A stretch of 34,862 nucleotides of DNA. Origin: a virus (Duplodnaviria > Caudoviricetes). This document shows, piece by piece, positions 8,534 through 18,260 of the stretch; position 1 is the stretch's first letter; the number at the start of each line of letters is the position of its first letter. Both the position numbers and the translations under genes were made by a program. The stretch is from the IMG/VR virus record IMGVR_UViG_3300020045_004371, positions 1 through 34,862 of that record. One strand, 5' to 3'. The notes beneath the pieces were generated by a model. It worked only from the letters and a program-made list of their open reading frames with translations. It did not search any database and was not told the origin of the DNA.

Positions 8534-8683
8534 AGGGAACTCCTTGTTGGGAAGGCGTGCATCAAATTGGTGCGGCAATCTTCTTCATCAAGTATCAAAG
8601 AATCGGTAGATGGCCTCAACGAAAGCGGGAAAAAGGCGATCAAGGTCCTTCGAATCACTAAACGAAATACCGTGTTTAGTTGT

Positions 8684-9760
8684 GTGTCGTCGTCCGTGAT
8701 GTAGCTCTGCCCTTTTTTCACAACTTCTTCTTTTCCCCACTGAACATGCGGGATATACCTTATATAAAAATTTATTACTCGCGTATATAAGGAGATAAAA
8801 AGAGTTGGGACGACGACAACACGACGAAAACGACGTTTTTTAGATTTCAAAAAAGAAAATAAAAAAATAAAATAAAAAAGTGCTGTGTCAAATAGAGTTT
8901 TTGCGTCGTTTCTTCGTTTCTTCGTCGTCCCCCCAGCAGGAATGGTGTTTTTCGGCCTTCAAAGGAAAATCAAAACAGTTGCTGAACATTGTTGTCAAGC
9001 ACGACGTCGATGTATGTGTGGCCAATTGCTTAGATGGTCGGCAAAGGTTGGCAAAGGTCGTCAGAGGGTTGGAGGACGTTGGGTTCCTGGCTCGCTAACG
9101 TTGAAAACCGAATCGCGTTTTTTTTCCAGGAGGTCAACAAGGGGTTTCCCCCAGCGGGAATCGTGAAAAACAGCATTCCCGCTGGGGGAATAACGATGTT
9201 CATCGTTTGATATTATGCGAATATATTTCGATTGTTTTTTTCTATTCAACTAAAAGCGCTAAACCGCATTCCCGCTGGGGGAAATGCTTCCCCTGCAGTC
9301 CCCCAGCAGGATTAGCCCCGCTGGGGGAATAGAAATCCTGCTGGGGGGATGCGCTTCAGGCTGCGTGATCGATAGTTTGCATTATTCAAATCTTGCATCA
9401 TGCAGTTTACCTATTCTGCAGCCGCTGGGGGAATCCCGCTGGGGGAATAGTGAATAACAATCCCCCCGGCCGCTGGGGAAATGCTCACATCTAATCCCCC
9501 AGCCGCTGGGGACCATAGCAGAACGATTCCCCCAGCAGCTGGGGGCAGTCTCAACAGTCTCAACAGTCTCAATTGTCTGCAGGGGAAACAATCTCTACTG
9601 TCTAAAACTGTAATCCCCCAGCGGGGAAAATAGTTCGCTCTGCAGTTGCTGCACAATTGAAGACTATTAGACAATAGAAGGTTTTGTGTTTGATTATTCC
9701 CACATTGTTCTGCTGGGGGAATCCTCGCTGGGGGATCTTCTGCTGGGGGAATTATTCCCT
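8684..9760. repeat. Repeat-rich non-coding region, putative replication origin
   Basis: About 18 GCTGGGG/CCCCAGC copies in both orientations, GACGACG inverted repeats flanking an A-tract, CAGTCTCAA x3, no credible ORFs. Confidence 0.75.
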
Positions 9761-9815
9761 AAACAATGAGTGAGAAACCTACGGGTTATATCCACGACTG
9801 TGAAAAAGCTGCATA

Positions 9816-9828
9816 AATCAAGCAGTTA
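9816..9828 (+). promoter_or_regulatory. IHF binding site
   Basis: AATCAAGCAGTTA matches WATCAANNNNTTR exactly. Confidence 0.55.
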
Positions 9829-9914
9829 GCGTCTTACATCGTCTTTATGCCTGCATAACTGACCGCACTGTTTTACCCGGTACCCCCCTGCGGGAACGCT
9901 GTTATAGACAGTTC

Positions 9915-10106
9915 TTATTGTTCCCCTGCGGGGGCAACCTCACTGGCTCCCCAGGTTCTAATAAACTGAACGAACTGTCTTGTGTACTTCCCCCGGGCGT
10001 CATATAGGTTAAGTGCGTCCTGTAGATCAGAGAGTCGGATCGTCTTGCTGATGCTGTCTTCTAATGTTGTTAGATACGCTTGATATTTGTCTACTAGTTG
10101 TTCCAT
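9915..10106 (-). CDS. Small hypothetical protein divergent from terS
   Basis: 63 aa; own CATAAATA box at 10138-10131. Confidence 0.55.
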   Translation of the reverse strand: MEQLVDKYQAYLTTLEDSISKTIRLSDLQDALNLYDARGKYTRQFVQFIRTWGASEVAPAGEQ

Positions 10107-10192
10107 GAGGTGTCCACATTTCGTTAATTGTATTTATGCAGCATGGAAAAAATGCTTCTGATAACTAAGTAACCCTTACGACAACTGGATGC

Positions 10193-10200
10193 CATAAATA
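10193..10200 (+). promoter_or_regulatory. T4-late-like promoter box CATAAATA (representative of many copies)
   Basis: Same box upstream of portal, scaffold, capsid, tail tube, fibre module and holin-region genes; see findings. Confidence 0.7.
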
Positions 10201-10225
10201 GCTCCATAAGAATAATAGGGGCTAT

Positions 10226-10672
10226 ATGGTCAAGAAGATATCAGGAAGAATCGCACATCCCGGCGTACAGGGCGGACCACGATCAATTGCAGAGGAATCA
10301 GACCTTGAGAAGATCATGGAGCTGGCTAAGCAAGGTAAGTCGTTAAAGATCATTGCTGCCCGGCTGGGGATTAGCAACTCACTACTCGATGCCTGGCTGG
10401 GTAACACAACAGAGACTTTATACCGTTCGGATGCTCGTGTTCGCGCTGCTTGGGAAGCTGGTCTAGCAGAGTATGAAGAATCATTGTCGAGTGTTCTTCA
10501 CCGCAATGCATTCAACGACAACAGCCGTATGCAAGTTGCTGCAACCATGTTCTTGCTCAAGGCTAAATGCAAATGGCGTGAGAACGATCCGACTGTCTCT
10601 GTTGAGATTAAGCAGAAGGCTCCGTCTAAGTTCAAGATCAAGAACATTACGCCAACTGAGTCCAGCGAATGA
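10226..10672 (+). CDS. terS: Terminase small subunit
   Basis: N-terminal HTH (SLKIIAARLGISNSLLDAW), AATMFLLKAKCKWRE motif, position before terL. Confidence 0.85.
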   Translation: MVKKISGRIAHPGVQGGPRSIAEESDLEKIMELAKQGKSLKIIAARLGISNSLLDAWLGNTTETLYRSDARVRAAWEAGLAEYEESLSSVLHRNAFNDNSRMQVAATMFLLKAKCKWRENDPTVSVEIKQKAPSKFKIKNITPTESSE

Positions 10673-10842
10673 AGCTGGGTCGCATAAAGCCGACTGCTGC
10701 GCTGTTGAGGAAATATGCACGGCCGTTGAGTCTGCTTGAGCAAAAGGATGAGCAAGCACTACTAGATGCGTCTCGTAGTCCTGCTGGGGGCATCAACGTC
10801 CCTACCGATCAACCTGTCAGTGAGCATGGCAAGGAAAGCTAA
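10669..10842 (+). CDS. 57-aa protein between terS and terL (not in ORF track)
   Basis: ATG overlaps terS TGA (ATGA); MKLGRIKPTAALLRKYARPLSLLEQKDEQALLDASRSPAGGINVPTDQPVSEHGKES; stop overlaps terL start. Confidence 0.5.
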   Translation: MKLGRIKPTAALLRKYARPLSLLEQKDEQALLDASRSPAGGINVPTDQPVSEHGKES

Positions 10843-12214
10843 GGCACCTTCCCAGCCATTGCCTAAGCCTTGGGAGTTGATTGAGCAGGTAGTTGAAGAC
10901 GATGCCCAGGACGAACAGTTCATTGAGCTTGAGCTGTTGCGTCACCAGCAGCAGTTTGTTGACGACACGACGACTCGAGAGATCGCACTTGTCGGGGGCT
11001 TCGGCTGCGGTAAGACAGAAGCGCTTATCTACAAAGCTCTGATGCTGTCTTCACTGTGCGCAGGCAACCTCAAGGACGATGGCATCGGTCTGCTGATCGA
11101 ACCGAACGACACCCAGGTCCGGCAGCTGCTGCGACCACGGTTTGAGTCAATCGTCAACACACTCGGCATCCCCTTCACCGTCAAGAACTCACCCCGTCTC
11201 ATCTACACGCTTGAGTTCGAAGCCGGCAATGTGCCGATCTTGATGATGCCTGCCGGGGCCGGTGCCGACAGCTTCCGAGGCTTTCAGTGTGCTTTCGCAG
11301 GGGTAGACGAAGCAGACACGCTTGACTCTGACAACCTCTGGGACCTTTGGATCAGTCTGTCCAGCCGTATGCGCGGTTGCAAGGACAACAGCTACCAGCA
11401 CTACCAACTGTTCGCAACGACGACACCTGAAGGCTATGGCTTCTGCTACCAGAACTGGGTCAGCGACCTTGATGAACGTCCCGAGCTATCAGCCACTCGC
11501 AAGCTGATCAAGGGCAAGACGAAGTGGAATCCGTTTCTGCCTGACGACTACATCACCAACCTTGAAGCTCGCTACCCGAAGAACCTGCTCAGCTCATACC
11601 TTGAGGGCGACTTCGTAAACCTTGAAGGCAATATTGTCTATGTTGAGTTCGACCGTGTTCTAAACGGCACAGATAGAACCCTGGCGTCGTTTGATCCGGG
11701 CTCAATCATTCACATCGGTGTGGACTTTAACAATAACAAGACATGCGGCATCGTCGCAGTGATTGAAGACAACCTCGTCTATTGGATTGATGAGATTACT
11801 GGTATGAAGAATACCAAGGCTCTTATTGAAGAGATACAGGAACGGTTTAAGGACCGTACTGTCTATGTCTATCCTGATGCAGCTGGTCGTCAAATGTCCA
11901 CCAATGCTGACCAATCGAATATCCAGATGCTTAAAGACTCTGGTCTAAAAGTATTCGCACACGCTAAGAATCCTCGCGTATCCAACAGGATATCTAGCGT
12001 CAACGCAATGTTCTGCAACGCACGAGATGAACGCAAAGCATTTGTTAATTCAAAGCAGTGTCCAGTACTTGTCAAATCAATTGAGCAGCAGAAGTATAAA
12101 AACGGTGAGCCAGATAAAAAGCACGACCTTGATCACCCTTGCGATGCTCTTGGTTACTTCGTGTGGTACAGATTCCCAATTACAGGACGTAATACAAGCA
12201 CAGTGTATAGATAA
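10826..12214 (+). CDS. terL: Terminase large subunit
   Basis: Walker A GGFGCGKT, Walker B AGVDEAD, TTTPEG coupling motif, nuclease IGVDFN and DHPCDALGY. Confidence 0.95.
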   Translation: MARKAKAPSQPLPKPWELIEQVVEDDAQDEQFIELELLRHQQQFVDDTTTREIALVGGFGCGKTEALIYKALMLSSLCAGNLKDDGIGLLIEPNDTQVRQLLRPRFESIVNTLGIPFTVKNSPRLIYTLEFEAGNVPILMMPAGAGADSFRGFQCAFAGVDEADTLDSDNLWDLWISLSSRMRGCKDNSYQHYQLFATTTPEGYGFCYQNWVSDLDERPELSATRKLIKGKTKWNPFLPDDYITNLEARYPKNLLSSYLEGDFVNLEGNIVYVEFDRVLNGTDRTLASFDPGSIIHIGVDFNNNKTCGIVAVIEDNLVYWIDEITGMKNTKALIEEIQERFKDRTVYVYPDAAGRQMSTNADQSNIQMLKDSGLKVFAHAKNPRVSNRISSVNAMFCNARDERKAFVNSKQCPVLVKSIEQQKYKNGEPDKKHDLDHPCDALGYFVWYRFPITGRNTSTVYR

Positions 12215-12268
12215 CGTCTCGATGCTGCGTACCTTGGTGATAAATAATAATTAAATAAGGTCAGACTA

Positions 12269-13771
12269 ATGGACTACAACAATAAAGAAAAAGCTCTTGT
12301 CGCTGGGTACACACCGTCCCAACTCGTACAGATGTTAGATGGTAATGAAGCTGAATTCGCTGCAAAGGCACTGAATTATCTCGATGGTAAGCAGGAGCAG
12401 GAGCTTGTCGCAGTATTGAACGATAGCGATAAAGGTCGTAAGGACTGGAAGAAGCGTGGCTTTATTGCTCGTCACAGAAATCTTACAAAGATGATTGTCG
12501 AGAAATCAGGAATGTTGTTTAAAGACTCCACTCCACTACTCGAAATTCGTGCTAATGGTAGCAAGGAAGTTAATACAGCGGCGTCCGAATCGTTGATGAA
12601 TCTACTCGATGCGACTGAATGGCAAGAAGTAATGATCAACATGGACTCGGTTGTACGCCTTCTCAAGACAGCGATCCTGCTAGTTCAATGGGATGACAAC
12701 AACCAAACAATCGTTTTCGATATTTTGCACCGTGCGAACTGCAATGTAATTATTGATCCACTAACCAAACAGATCGCAGTACTGATTCAACGAACGGGCT
12801 GCAGCGGTGATTCTGAATATTACCGTGTATGGACAGCAGAAACGATCTATGACTTAGTGACTGTTAGCCAAAAGACTTCTGTAGTAGATGAATCACCTAA
12901 TAGCTACGGAGCAATTCCAGCAACTGTGTTTTATGACACGACCTCACCTCGTGCTGGGTTCTGGGTAGAAGCGGCTCGTGACCTTGTAAACGTAAACGAG
13001 ATGTACAACCTGCACCTTACTGATAGCGAGTTTGCTATTAGCTGGGCAAAACGTCCGTCACTATTCACAAACTGCTCACTAGATGGCTATAGCGACGAGT
13101 CACTAGAAGTTGTTTCCGTGCCTGGCTCAGTGCTACCGCGCTCTGTTTCTCGTTCACCTTCAATTACTGGTGGTCCTGATATTGCAATCGTGCTTGGCTC
13201 CAGCAATGGCGACGCTCCATTTATTGATTACAAGTCTCCTCAAATCGATATCAAGCCAATGGATGAAGTAGTCCAAGGCTGGATTAAGCAAACTGCAGCA
13301 GATTGGTCTGTTCGTGTTCGTGCGGACGGTGAGAAGTCTGCTAATAGCGGCTTCCAGGTAGTCGTTGAAGAAGTACCTAACTTAGAACTACGTCAAACAC
13401 GTGCACGAATGTTCGAGGCATCTTTTAAAAGACTGTACCGAGCACTTGTCATCGTAACAAACGGCGCACTGCCAGCAGACCAACAACTATTCGCGGTATT
13501 TCCAAAGCCAAATCTTCCTGTCGATCCTAAAGAGGAAGAAGCAGTTTGGACTATGAAAATTACTGCTGGTAGAGCAACTGAGATTGACTACTTTGTTGAG
13601 GTCAAAGGTCTTACTCCTGATGAAGCAATGGCTAAGTGGATTGAGATTACAGAGTTTAATGCAGCCAAAACAAAGATTACCTCAGCTATTGCACCAGAGG
13701 TTGACCAAGAAGCAACAGAGGACGTTGCTGAAGAAGATCAATCAGAAGGCGATATTCCGGCCAATGCATAA
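12269..13771 (+). CDS. Portal protein
   Basis: 500 aa directly after terL; NLTKMIVEKS and SYGAIP patterns of SPP1-like portals; acidic tail. Confidence 0.8.
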   Translation: MDYNNKEKALVAGYTPSQLVQMLDGNEAEFAAKALNYLDGKQEQELVAVLNDSDKGRKDWKKRGFIARHRNLTKMIVEKSGMLFKDSTPLLEIRANGSKEVNTAASESLMNLLDATEWQEVMINMDSVVRLLKTAILLVQWDDNNQTIVFDILHRANCNVIIDPLTKQIAVLIQRTGCSGDSEYYRVWTAETIYDLVTVSQKTSVVDESPNSYGAIPATVFYDTTSPRAGFWVEAARDLVNVNEMYNLHLTDSEFAISWAKRPSLFTNCSLDGYSDESLEVVSVPGSVLPRSVSRSPSITGGPDIAIVLGSSNGDAPFIDYKSPQIDIKPMDEVVQGWIKQTAADWSVRVRADGEKSANSGFQVVVEEVPNLELRQTRARMFEASFKRLYRALVIVTNGALPADQQLFAVFPKPNLPVDPKEEEAVWTMKITAGRATEIDYFVEVKGLTPDEAMAKWIEITEFNAAKTKITSAIAPEVDQEATEDVAEEDQSEGDIPANA

Positions 13772-13829
13772 ATAAAGCATAAATAGATCAGCGCCCTTGA
13801 TTGGGCACTGAAATATAGGAGATGGCTGG

Positions 13830-14453
13830 ATGGCTAATGAAAATCAAGAGGTTGTAGAAACCCAAGCGTCGGATGATGCACACCAAACTCAAGTAGCAAC
13901 GCAAGAGACAGAAGTCAATGTTGAATCAGTCGAGGCAAAGATTGCTGAACTGAGTACTCAACTTGCAAAGCAACAGGAGATTGTAGAGAAGGCGCGCAAG
14001 GGTGAGAAGTTTCAAAAGAATCTGCGAGAAGCAGATGTCAAGAAAGTTCAAGGCCTATACGAAGCCGAGAAATCACGTGCTGATGCACTGGAGCAGAAGT
14101 TCAAAACACAAGCAAGCGATGTTGTATTACGTCAACTGCTGTCGGAGAACGGTTCAAAGGCTGTAGATACGGCACTGAAGTTAGTAGATCGCTCGGCAAT
14201 TAAGTTTGCAGAGGACGGCTCCGTTGATGTTGATTCAATTAAAGCAATCGTCACTGCGCTAAAAGAAACAGATTCGATTCTGTTCGATATGACGCAAGCA
14301 CCTACAGCACCAGTTATTGCAACTAAACAAACTACTCCACCTGCAGTAAGAGCGACAGAGAGCGACAAAGTGATGGGATTTACTGCAGAAGTTAAAGCTG
14401 CAAAGTCTCAAACAGAGTTGCAGGCGGTATTAAAGAAGTACGGCAAGGCATAA
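13830..14453 (+). CDS. Capsid scaffolding protein
   Basis: Acidic N-terminus, coiled coil, ALKLVDRSAIKF...LF motif; lies before major capsid gene. Confidence 0.8.
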   Translation: MANENQEVVETQASDDAHQTQVATQETEVNVESVEAKIAELSTQLAKQQEIVEKARKGEKFQKNLREADVKKVQGLYEAEKSRADALEQKFKTQASDVVLRQLLSENGSKAVDTALKLVDRSAIKFAEDGSVDVDSIKAIVTALKETDSILFDMTQAPTAPVIATKQTTPPAVRATESDKVMGFTAEVKAAKSQTELQAVLKKYGKA

Positions 14454-14512
14454 ATAGACCGTACACATTGGCGCAGGTCGCCAATAAATAATAAGAAGTA
14501 GGAATAATAAAA

Positions 14513-15436
14513 ATGACAGCTTTTACAACAAACATGACTGGCTCAACCCAGGTAGACGACAGCATCGTACAAACGTACTCACAATCTTTTCTGATTACCG
14601 TCGGTGAAGATTCCTCGATGGACCAATTCGCTGCTATTAAGCAAGAAATCGGTGCAAAGAGTATTCAGATTACCAAGTACGCACGTCTTGGTCTAGTTAC
14701 AACTCCACTAACAGAAACTGACGACATTGTTTCTGAAGCACTATCCGACACACAGGTTCTATTTGTTCCTGCTGAATACGGTAATGCTGTTACTAAGACT
14801 TCTCTTGCATCATTGCAAACAGGTGGAAAGATTGATCTATCAATTCCTGAATTGGTTGGTCGTAACATGGCTCAATCGAAAAACAAACTAGCGCTAACTG
14901 CACTAGAAGCTACCTCCAACGTTCTTGTTGTAGGTGGTGGTTCTGAATCTACTGTTATTGCGTCTAACGTAATGACTGGTAATCAAATGAACATCGTTTA
15001 CAACAAACTAGCTCGTGCAAGTGTTCCAACACTAGCTGATGGCATGTACGTTGCGGTGATGCACGATGACGTTATCCATGACATTCGCCTGGACGCTGGC
15101 TGGATCGACGTTGTTAAGTACCAGAACGCAACCCAAATCTTCAAAAATGAAGTTGGTTCCTTCCGTGGCTTCCGTGTGGTCCGTAACAACTCTTGCACAT
15201 TCAATGACCAAACAGGCGCAGGTTTGGTTGACGTGTACAAGTCCAGCTTCTTCGGCGCACGCGCCTTCGGTCTAGCTGAGAGCCAAGCTCCAACAATGAC
15301 AATGACTGGTCCATTCGACAAGCTAGGTCGTTTCGTCAATATCGGTTGGTATGGTGTGTTTTCCTACAAGATTCTTGATACCGACGCTGTGTACTCTGTT
15401 ATCTCCAGCTCGTCTGTAGGTGCTAATGCAGCTTAA
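14513..15436 (+). CDS. Major capsid protein (HK97 fold, N4-gp56-like)
   Basis: YVAVMHDDVIHDIR, IFKNEVGSFRGFRVV, DKLGRFVNIGWY motifs; strongly biased codon use; followed by terminator. Confidence 0.9.
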   Translation: MTAFTTNMTGSTQVDDSIVQTYSQSFLITVGEDSSMDQFAAIKQEIGAKSIQITKYARLGLVTTPLTETDDIVSEALSDTQVLFVPAEYGNAVTKTSLASLQTGGKIDLSIPELVGRNMAQSKNKLALTALEATSNVLVVGGGSESTVIASNVMTGNQMNIVYNKLARASVPTLADGMYVAVMHDDVIHDIRLDAGWIDVVKYQNATQIFKNEVGSFRGFRVVRNNSCTFNDQTGAGLVDVYKSSFFGARAFGLAESQAPTMTMTGPFDKLGRFVNIGWYGVFSYKILDTDAVYSVISSSSVGANAA

Positions 15437-15463
15437 TAGCAGTCCAAGCTAATTAGCATAAAT

Positions 15464-15490
15464 AAGCCTGTAGAGATACAGGCTTTTTTT
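15464..15490 (+). terminator. Intrinsic terminator after capsid gene
   Basis: AAGCCTGTA-GAGA-TACAGGCTTTTTTT. Confidence 0.85.
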
Positions 15491-15507
15491 ACGTCTGTGG
15501 AGTTTAT

Positions 15508-15729
15508 ATGGCAACTAAAAAGAAAACAGCAGCAGCTTTACCAGTGAAGCAGAGTGAATTACTCCATCCATTAGTGCAGCAAGAGCTAAATAGTAAAAAG
15601 ATATATGTGGTCACGGAAAGTTTTAACGGTCAAATCAATAACATCAAATTCAGCGGCAAGACTGGAGATGTTATTGAAATGGAACCATGGCAAGCAAAGC
15701 TTCTACACGCATACGTTAAGGAAGAATAA
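15508..15729 (+). CDS. Small head-associated hypothetical protein
   Basis: GGAG RBS; typical slot between capsid and connector genes. Confidence 0.65.
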   Translation: MATKKKTAAALPVKQSELLHPLVQQELNSKKIYVVTESFNGQINNIKFSGKTGDVIEMEPWQAKLLHAYVKEE

Positions 15730-15731
15730 AA

Positions 15732-16253
15732 ATGATTGTTGAAACAGGGTTGAAACAAGCTGGGGCTAATTCGTACGTTGATGTTACTTTTGCTGATGCT
15801 TACCACGAGATGTATGGCAATGATTCGTGGATAGGCGAGACTGCAGACAAAGAGAAGGCTCTTGTAATCGCTTGCCAGTCTCTAGACCTTCTATACGGTC
15901 CAAAGTATTTGTCCAATCGCCTTGAAGGCATCCAGTCGCTCCTATGGCCACGGTACCCGTTCAATGACCGTAACGGCAATGCACGAATTGTTCAAGAAGT
16001 GCCAATTGAAGTTAAGAGAGCACAAGCCGAACTAGCACTAATGTATATCAATGGTGCTGATATGTTTCCTGAAGGAAATGATGCAGGTCGAATTGAATCA
16101 GAAGCAGTAAAGATTGGTGATATCTCAACGACTACAAGCTATAACAAAACAGTCAAAGCAGAAGCCGCGGCGTTTGAAGGCTATCGCAAGATTGACTTGC
16201 TACTTTGGAATGTAACTAAAGGTCGCCAGTCTTCATTTAAGTTTGCGCGCTAG
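15732..16253 (+). CDS. Head-tail adaptor (family often labelled DnaT-like ssDNA-binding)
   Basis: MIVETG...ANSYVDV...ADAYH, QSLLWPR, VKRAQAELA motifs. Confidence 0.8.
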   Translation: MIVETGLKQAGANSYVDVTFADAYHEMYGNDSWIGETADKEKALVIACQSLDLLYGPKYLSNRLEGIQSLLWPRYPFNDRNGNARIVQEVPIEVKRAQAELALMYINGADMFPEGNDAGRIESEAVKIGDISTTTSYNKTVKAEAAAFEGYRKIDLLLWNVTKGRQSSFKFAR

Positions 16254-16261
16254 GGTTACAA

Positions 16262-16588
16262 ATGTTTAATGCAACTAAAACAAAAGATGTAATAGCTAAG
16301 TCTATATCGGCCCTTGGCACACCAGTTAGCATAACGATGGCATCTGGTGGTGCAATAAAAACAGTAGGTGTGTTTGCTACTGAAAAGAAAAGCTCTGACA
16401 CGAGCAATCCTCTTTCTTTCACCTCGCCAATGACAGTAGGTTCGGCTGTTTGCTATCTTGCAGCTACTGCAAAAGTTCCATCTGTAGGCGATGACCTAAC
16501 AAGCAATGGCCGTTCATACAACATTGTCGAGATAGAGGTCTATCGCCCAGCGAACATCGTAATTGGCTACAAGCTGACATTGGAATAA
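16262..16588 (+). CDS. Head closure/head-tail joining protein
   Basis: Size, position, PSVGDDL...YNIVEI beta-rich pattern. Confidence 0.65.
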   Translation: MFNATKTKDVIAKSISALGTPVSITMASGGAIKTVGVFATEKKSSDTSNPLSFTSPMTVGSAVCYLAATAKVPSVGDDLTSNGRSYNIVEIEVYRPANIVIGYKLTLE

Positions 16589-16590
16589 GA

Positions 16591-16902
16591 ATGATTGAAC
16601 CTGGTGAAATTGACAAATATTTTATTGATCTAGACACCCGACTAGTTAATTTCAAAAAAGAGTACGCAATGGAGTTTCAGAGACGAGTGGAGGAACGAAC
16701 TCCGGTACTAACTGGTGCTCTACAAAAAGGATGGTTGAACGCACTGACTCAAACAGGATTCACCATATCTAATATCCAACCGTATGCATCATATGTTGAA
16801 TACGGAACAGAAAAAATGGCACCTAGAGCCATGATCGGAACTACGATTTTAGAATCCGAACAAATAGCCAAGGTAGCGAAAGATAAGGCTGGAATTAAAT
16901 GA
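16591..16902 (+). CDS. HK97 gp10-family tail completion protein
   Basis: RTPVLTGALQKGW and YASYVEYGTEKMAPRAM motifs. Confidence 0.85.
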   Translation: MIEPGEIDKYFIDLDTRLVNFKKEYAMEFQRRVEERTPVLTGALQKGWLNALTQTGFTISNIQPYASYVEYGTEKMAPRAMIGTTILESEQIAKVAKDKAGIK

Positions 16903-17306
16903 AAACACTAGACATACAGAATTCGTTAGACGCACATCTTAAAACGTTGGCCGAGCTACCTCTACTGCAAACAGAAAATACACGTATTAATGCATCCCCT
17001 AACTTGAATTCATTTACACGTTCGACACTACTGCCAGCTCAATCGAGCGTTCTTGCTATTGGTGCTGGAGCGCCTAAACAAATGACCGGTCTATATCAAG
17101 TAGACGTTTTTGTACCCAGTGATTCAGGAACAGCAACCGCACGTGGACTAGCTGACTCGATTGTTGATATTTTCCCTGCGGGCCTCTTGCTTACAAGCGG
17201 CAATTCAACGGTCCACATTGATATAGCTAGCGTAATGGCTGCTTACACGATTAATAAGTACTACTGCATTCCGGTGCGCGTACAGTGGAACACTTATGGC
17301 CAATAG
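16899..17306 (+). CDS. Tail terminator protein
   Basis: GLYQVDVFVP..G...A..LAD.I...F and IPVRVQW motifs. Confidence 0.8.
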   Translation: MKTLDIQNSLDAHLKTLAELPLLQTENTRINASPNLNSFTRSTLLPAQSSVLAIGAGAPKQMTGLYQVDVFVPSDSGTATARGLADSIVDIFPAGLLLTSGNSTVHIDIASVMAAYTINKYYCIPVRVQWNTYGQ

Positions 17307-17348
17307 GTCATAAATAGATAACAAAAGAATATACCCAAGGAAATAATA

Positions 17349-18260
17349 ATGACAATCGCAACCGGCTCACGTTCTAAAGCAGGCTTCATCACAGAAGTTA
17401 CGTTTGGTACAACACCAACAACTCCTTCACTAGTTGAAATCCCATTCACATCATTCGGTGTCAATCTGACGCGTGATGAATATGATGATAACTCTATTCG
17501 TTCAGATCGCATGGAGCGCTATTCGCTTACTGGCAATCGTTCTGTTGCAGGTTCTATTGATGTTAATTTTGCTCACGGAATCTACGACACTTTGCTTGAA
17601 TCGCTTATGCAGTCAACATTTGCGACAAATGTTCTTAAAGTTGGCAGCACACGCAAGTCGCTTTCCGTTGAAGAGTCGCAAATTGATGTATCACAGTACC
17701 GTGTATACACCGGACTAATTGTAGACAAAGCCGACTTCACCGTACCTGCTTCTGGCTTGGTTACTGCTAAGTTCAGTGTATTGGCAAAAGACCAATCCTC
17801 ATTGTCCGGTACCTCGGCTGATGCTGATGGATACACTGCCGCTGCTGCTAAATCACCTTTTACAGACAACGGAACATCAGGCTTTATGAAAGAGGGCGGT
17901 GCTGCAATTGGCTATGTAACCAATCTTCAATTTTCAATTGATAACAGCCACGCCAAGAACTTCGCTGTAGGAACAAATGTTGTTCGTGATTTCAGCACGG
18001 GAAACGCGAAGGTAACTGGTACCGTAACCGTCTTCTTTGAAGATGCTGTTATGTATAACAAGTTTATTAATGGTACTGCAACATCTATTGATGTAAAACT
18101 AGATGATGGCACTAACACTGTACAGTTCTTCTTTCCTAATGTGAAGTACACGGGTGCTACTAAGACTATCAGTGGCAACGGTCCAGTATCTATGTCGATG
18201 CCATTCAAAGCACTTTACGACGCTACTTCGCTTTCTAACATCGTAATCACACGCACATAA
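17349..18260 (+). CDS. Major tail tube protein
   Basis: ATGS...EVTFGTTP N-terminus, VTGTVTVFFED, FPNVKYT motifs; no sheath gene, so non-contractile tail. Confidence 0.9.
   Translation: MTIATGSRSKAGFITEVTFGTTPTTPSLVEIPFTSFGVNLTRDEYDDNSIRSDRMERYSLTGNRSVAGSIDVNFAHGIYDTLLESLMQSTFATNVLKVGSTRKSLSVEESQIDVSQYRVYTGLIVDKADFTVPASGLVTAKFSVLAKDQSSLSGTSADADGYTAAAAKSPFTDNGTSGFMKEGGAAIGYVTNLQFSIDNSHAKNFAVGTNVVRDFSTGNAKVTGTVTVFFEDAVMYNKFINGTATSIDVKLDDGTNTVQFFFPNVKYTGATKTISGNGPVSMSMPFKALYDATSLSNIVITRT

Noticed and set aside
8395-9674. ORF-track ORFs across the repeat region (8395-8850, 8880-9098, 8885-9166, 9382-9591, 9411-9674)
   Set aside because: Translations simply mirror the DNA repeats, with non-ATG starts and no RBS.
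8929-9750. CRISPR array
   Set aside because: Repeats are short, in both orientations and irregularly spaced; no cas genes.
9786-9796. DnaA box (TTATATCCACG)
   Set aside because: Single imperfect match to TTATCCACA; not enough support.
10226-10672. HTH protein as repressor or sigma factor
   Set aside because: Position before terL and the C-terminal FLLK...W motif fit TerS.
10830-11620. GC-richer, C-ending codon segment in the terL ATPase half as a mobile insertion
   Set aside because: The frame and motifs are continuous with no intron or intein signs; at most ordinary mosaic exchange, and I could not quantify it.
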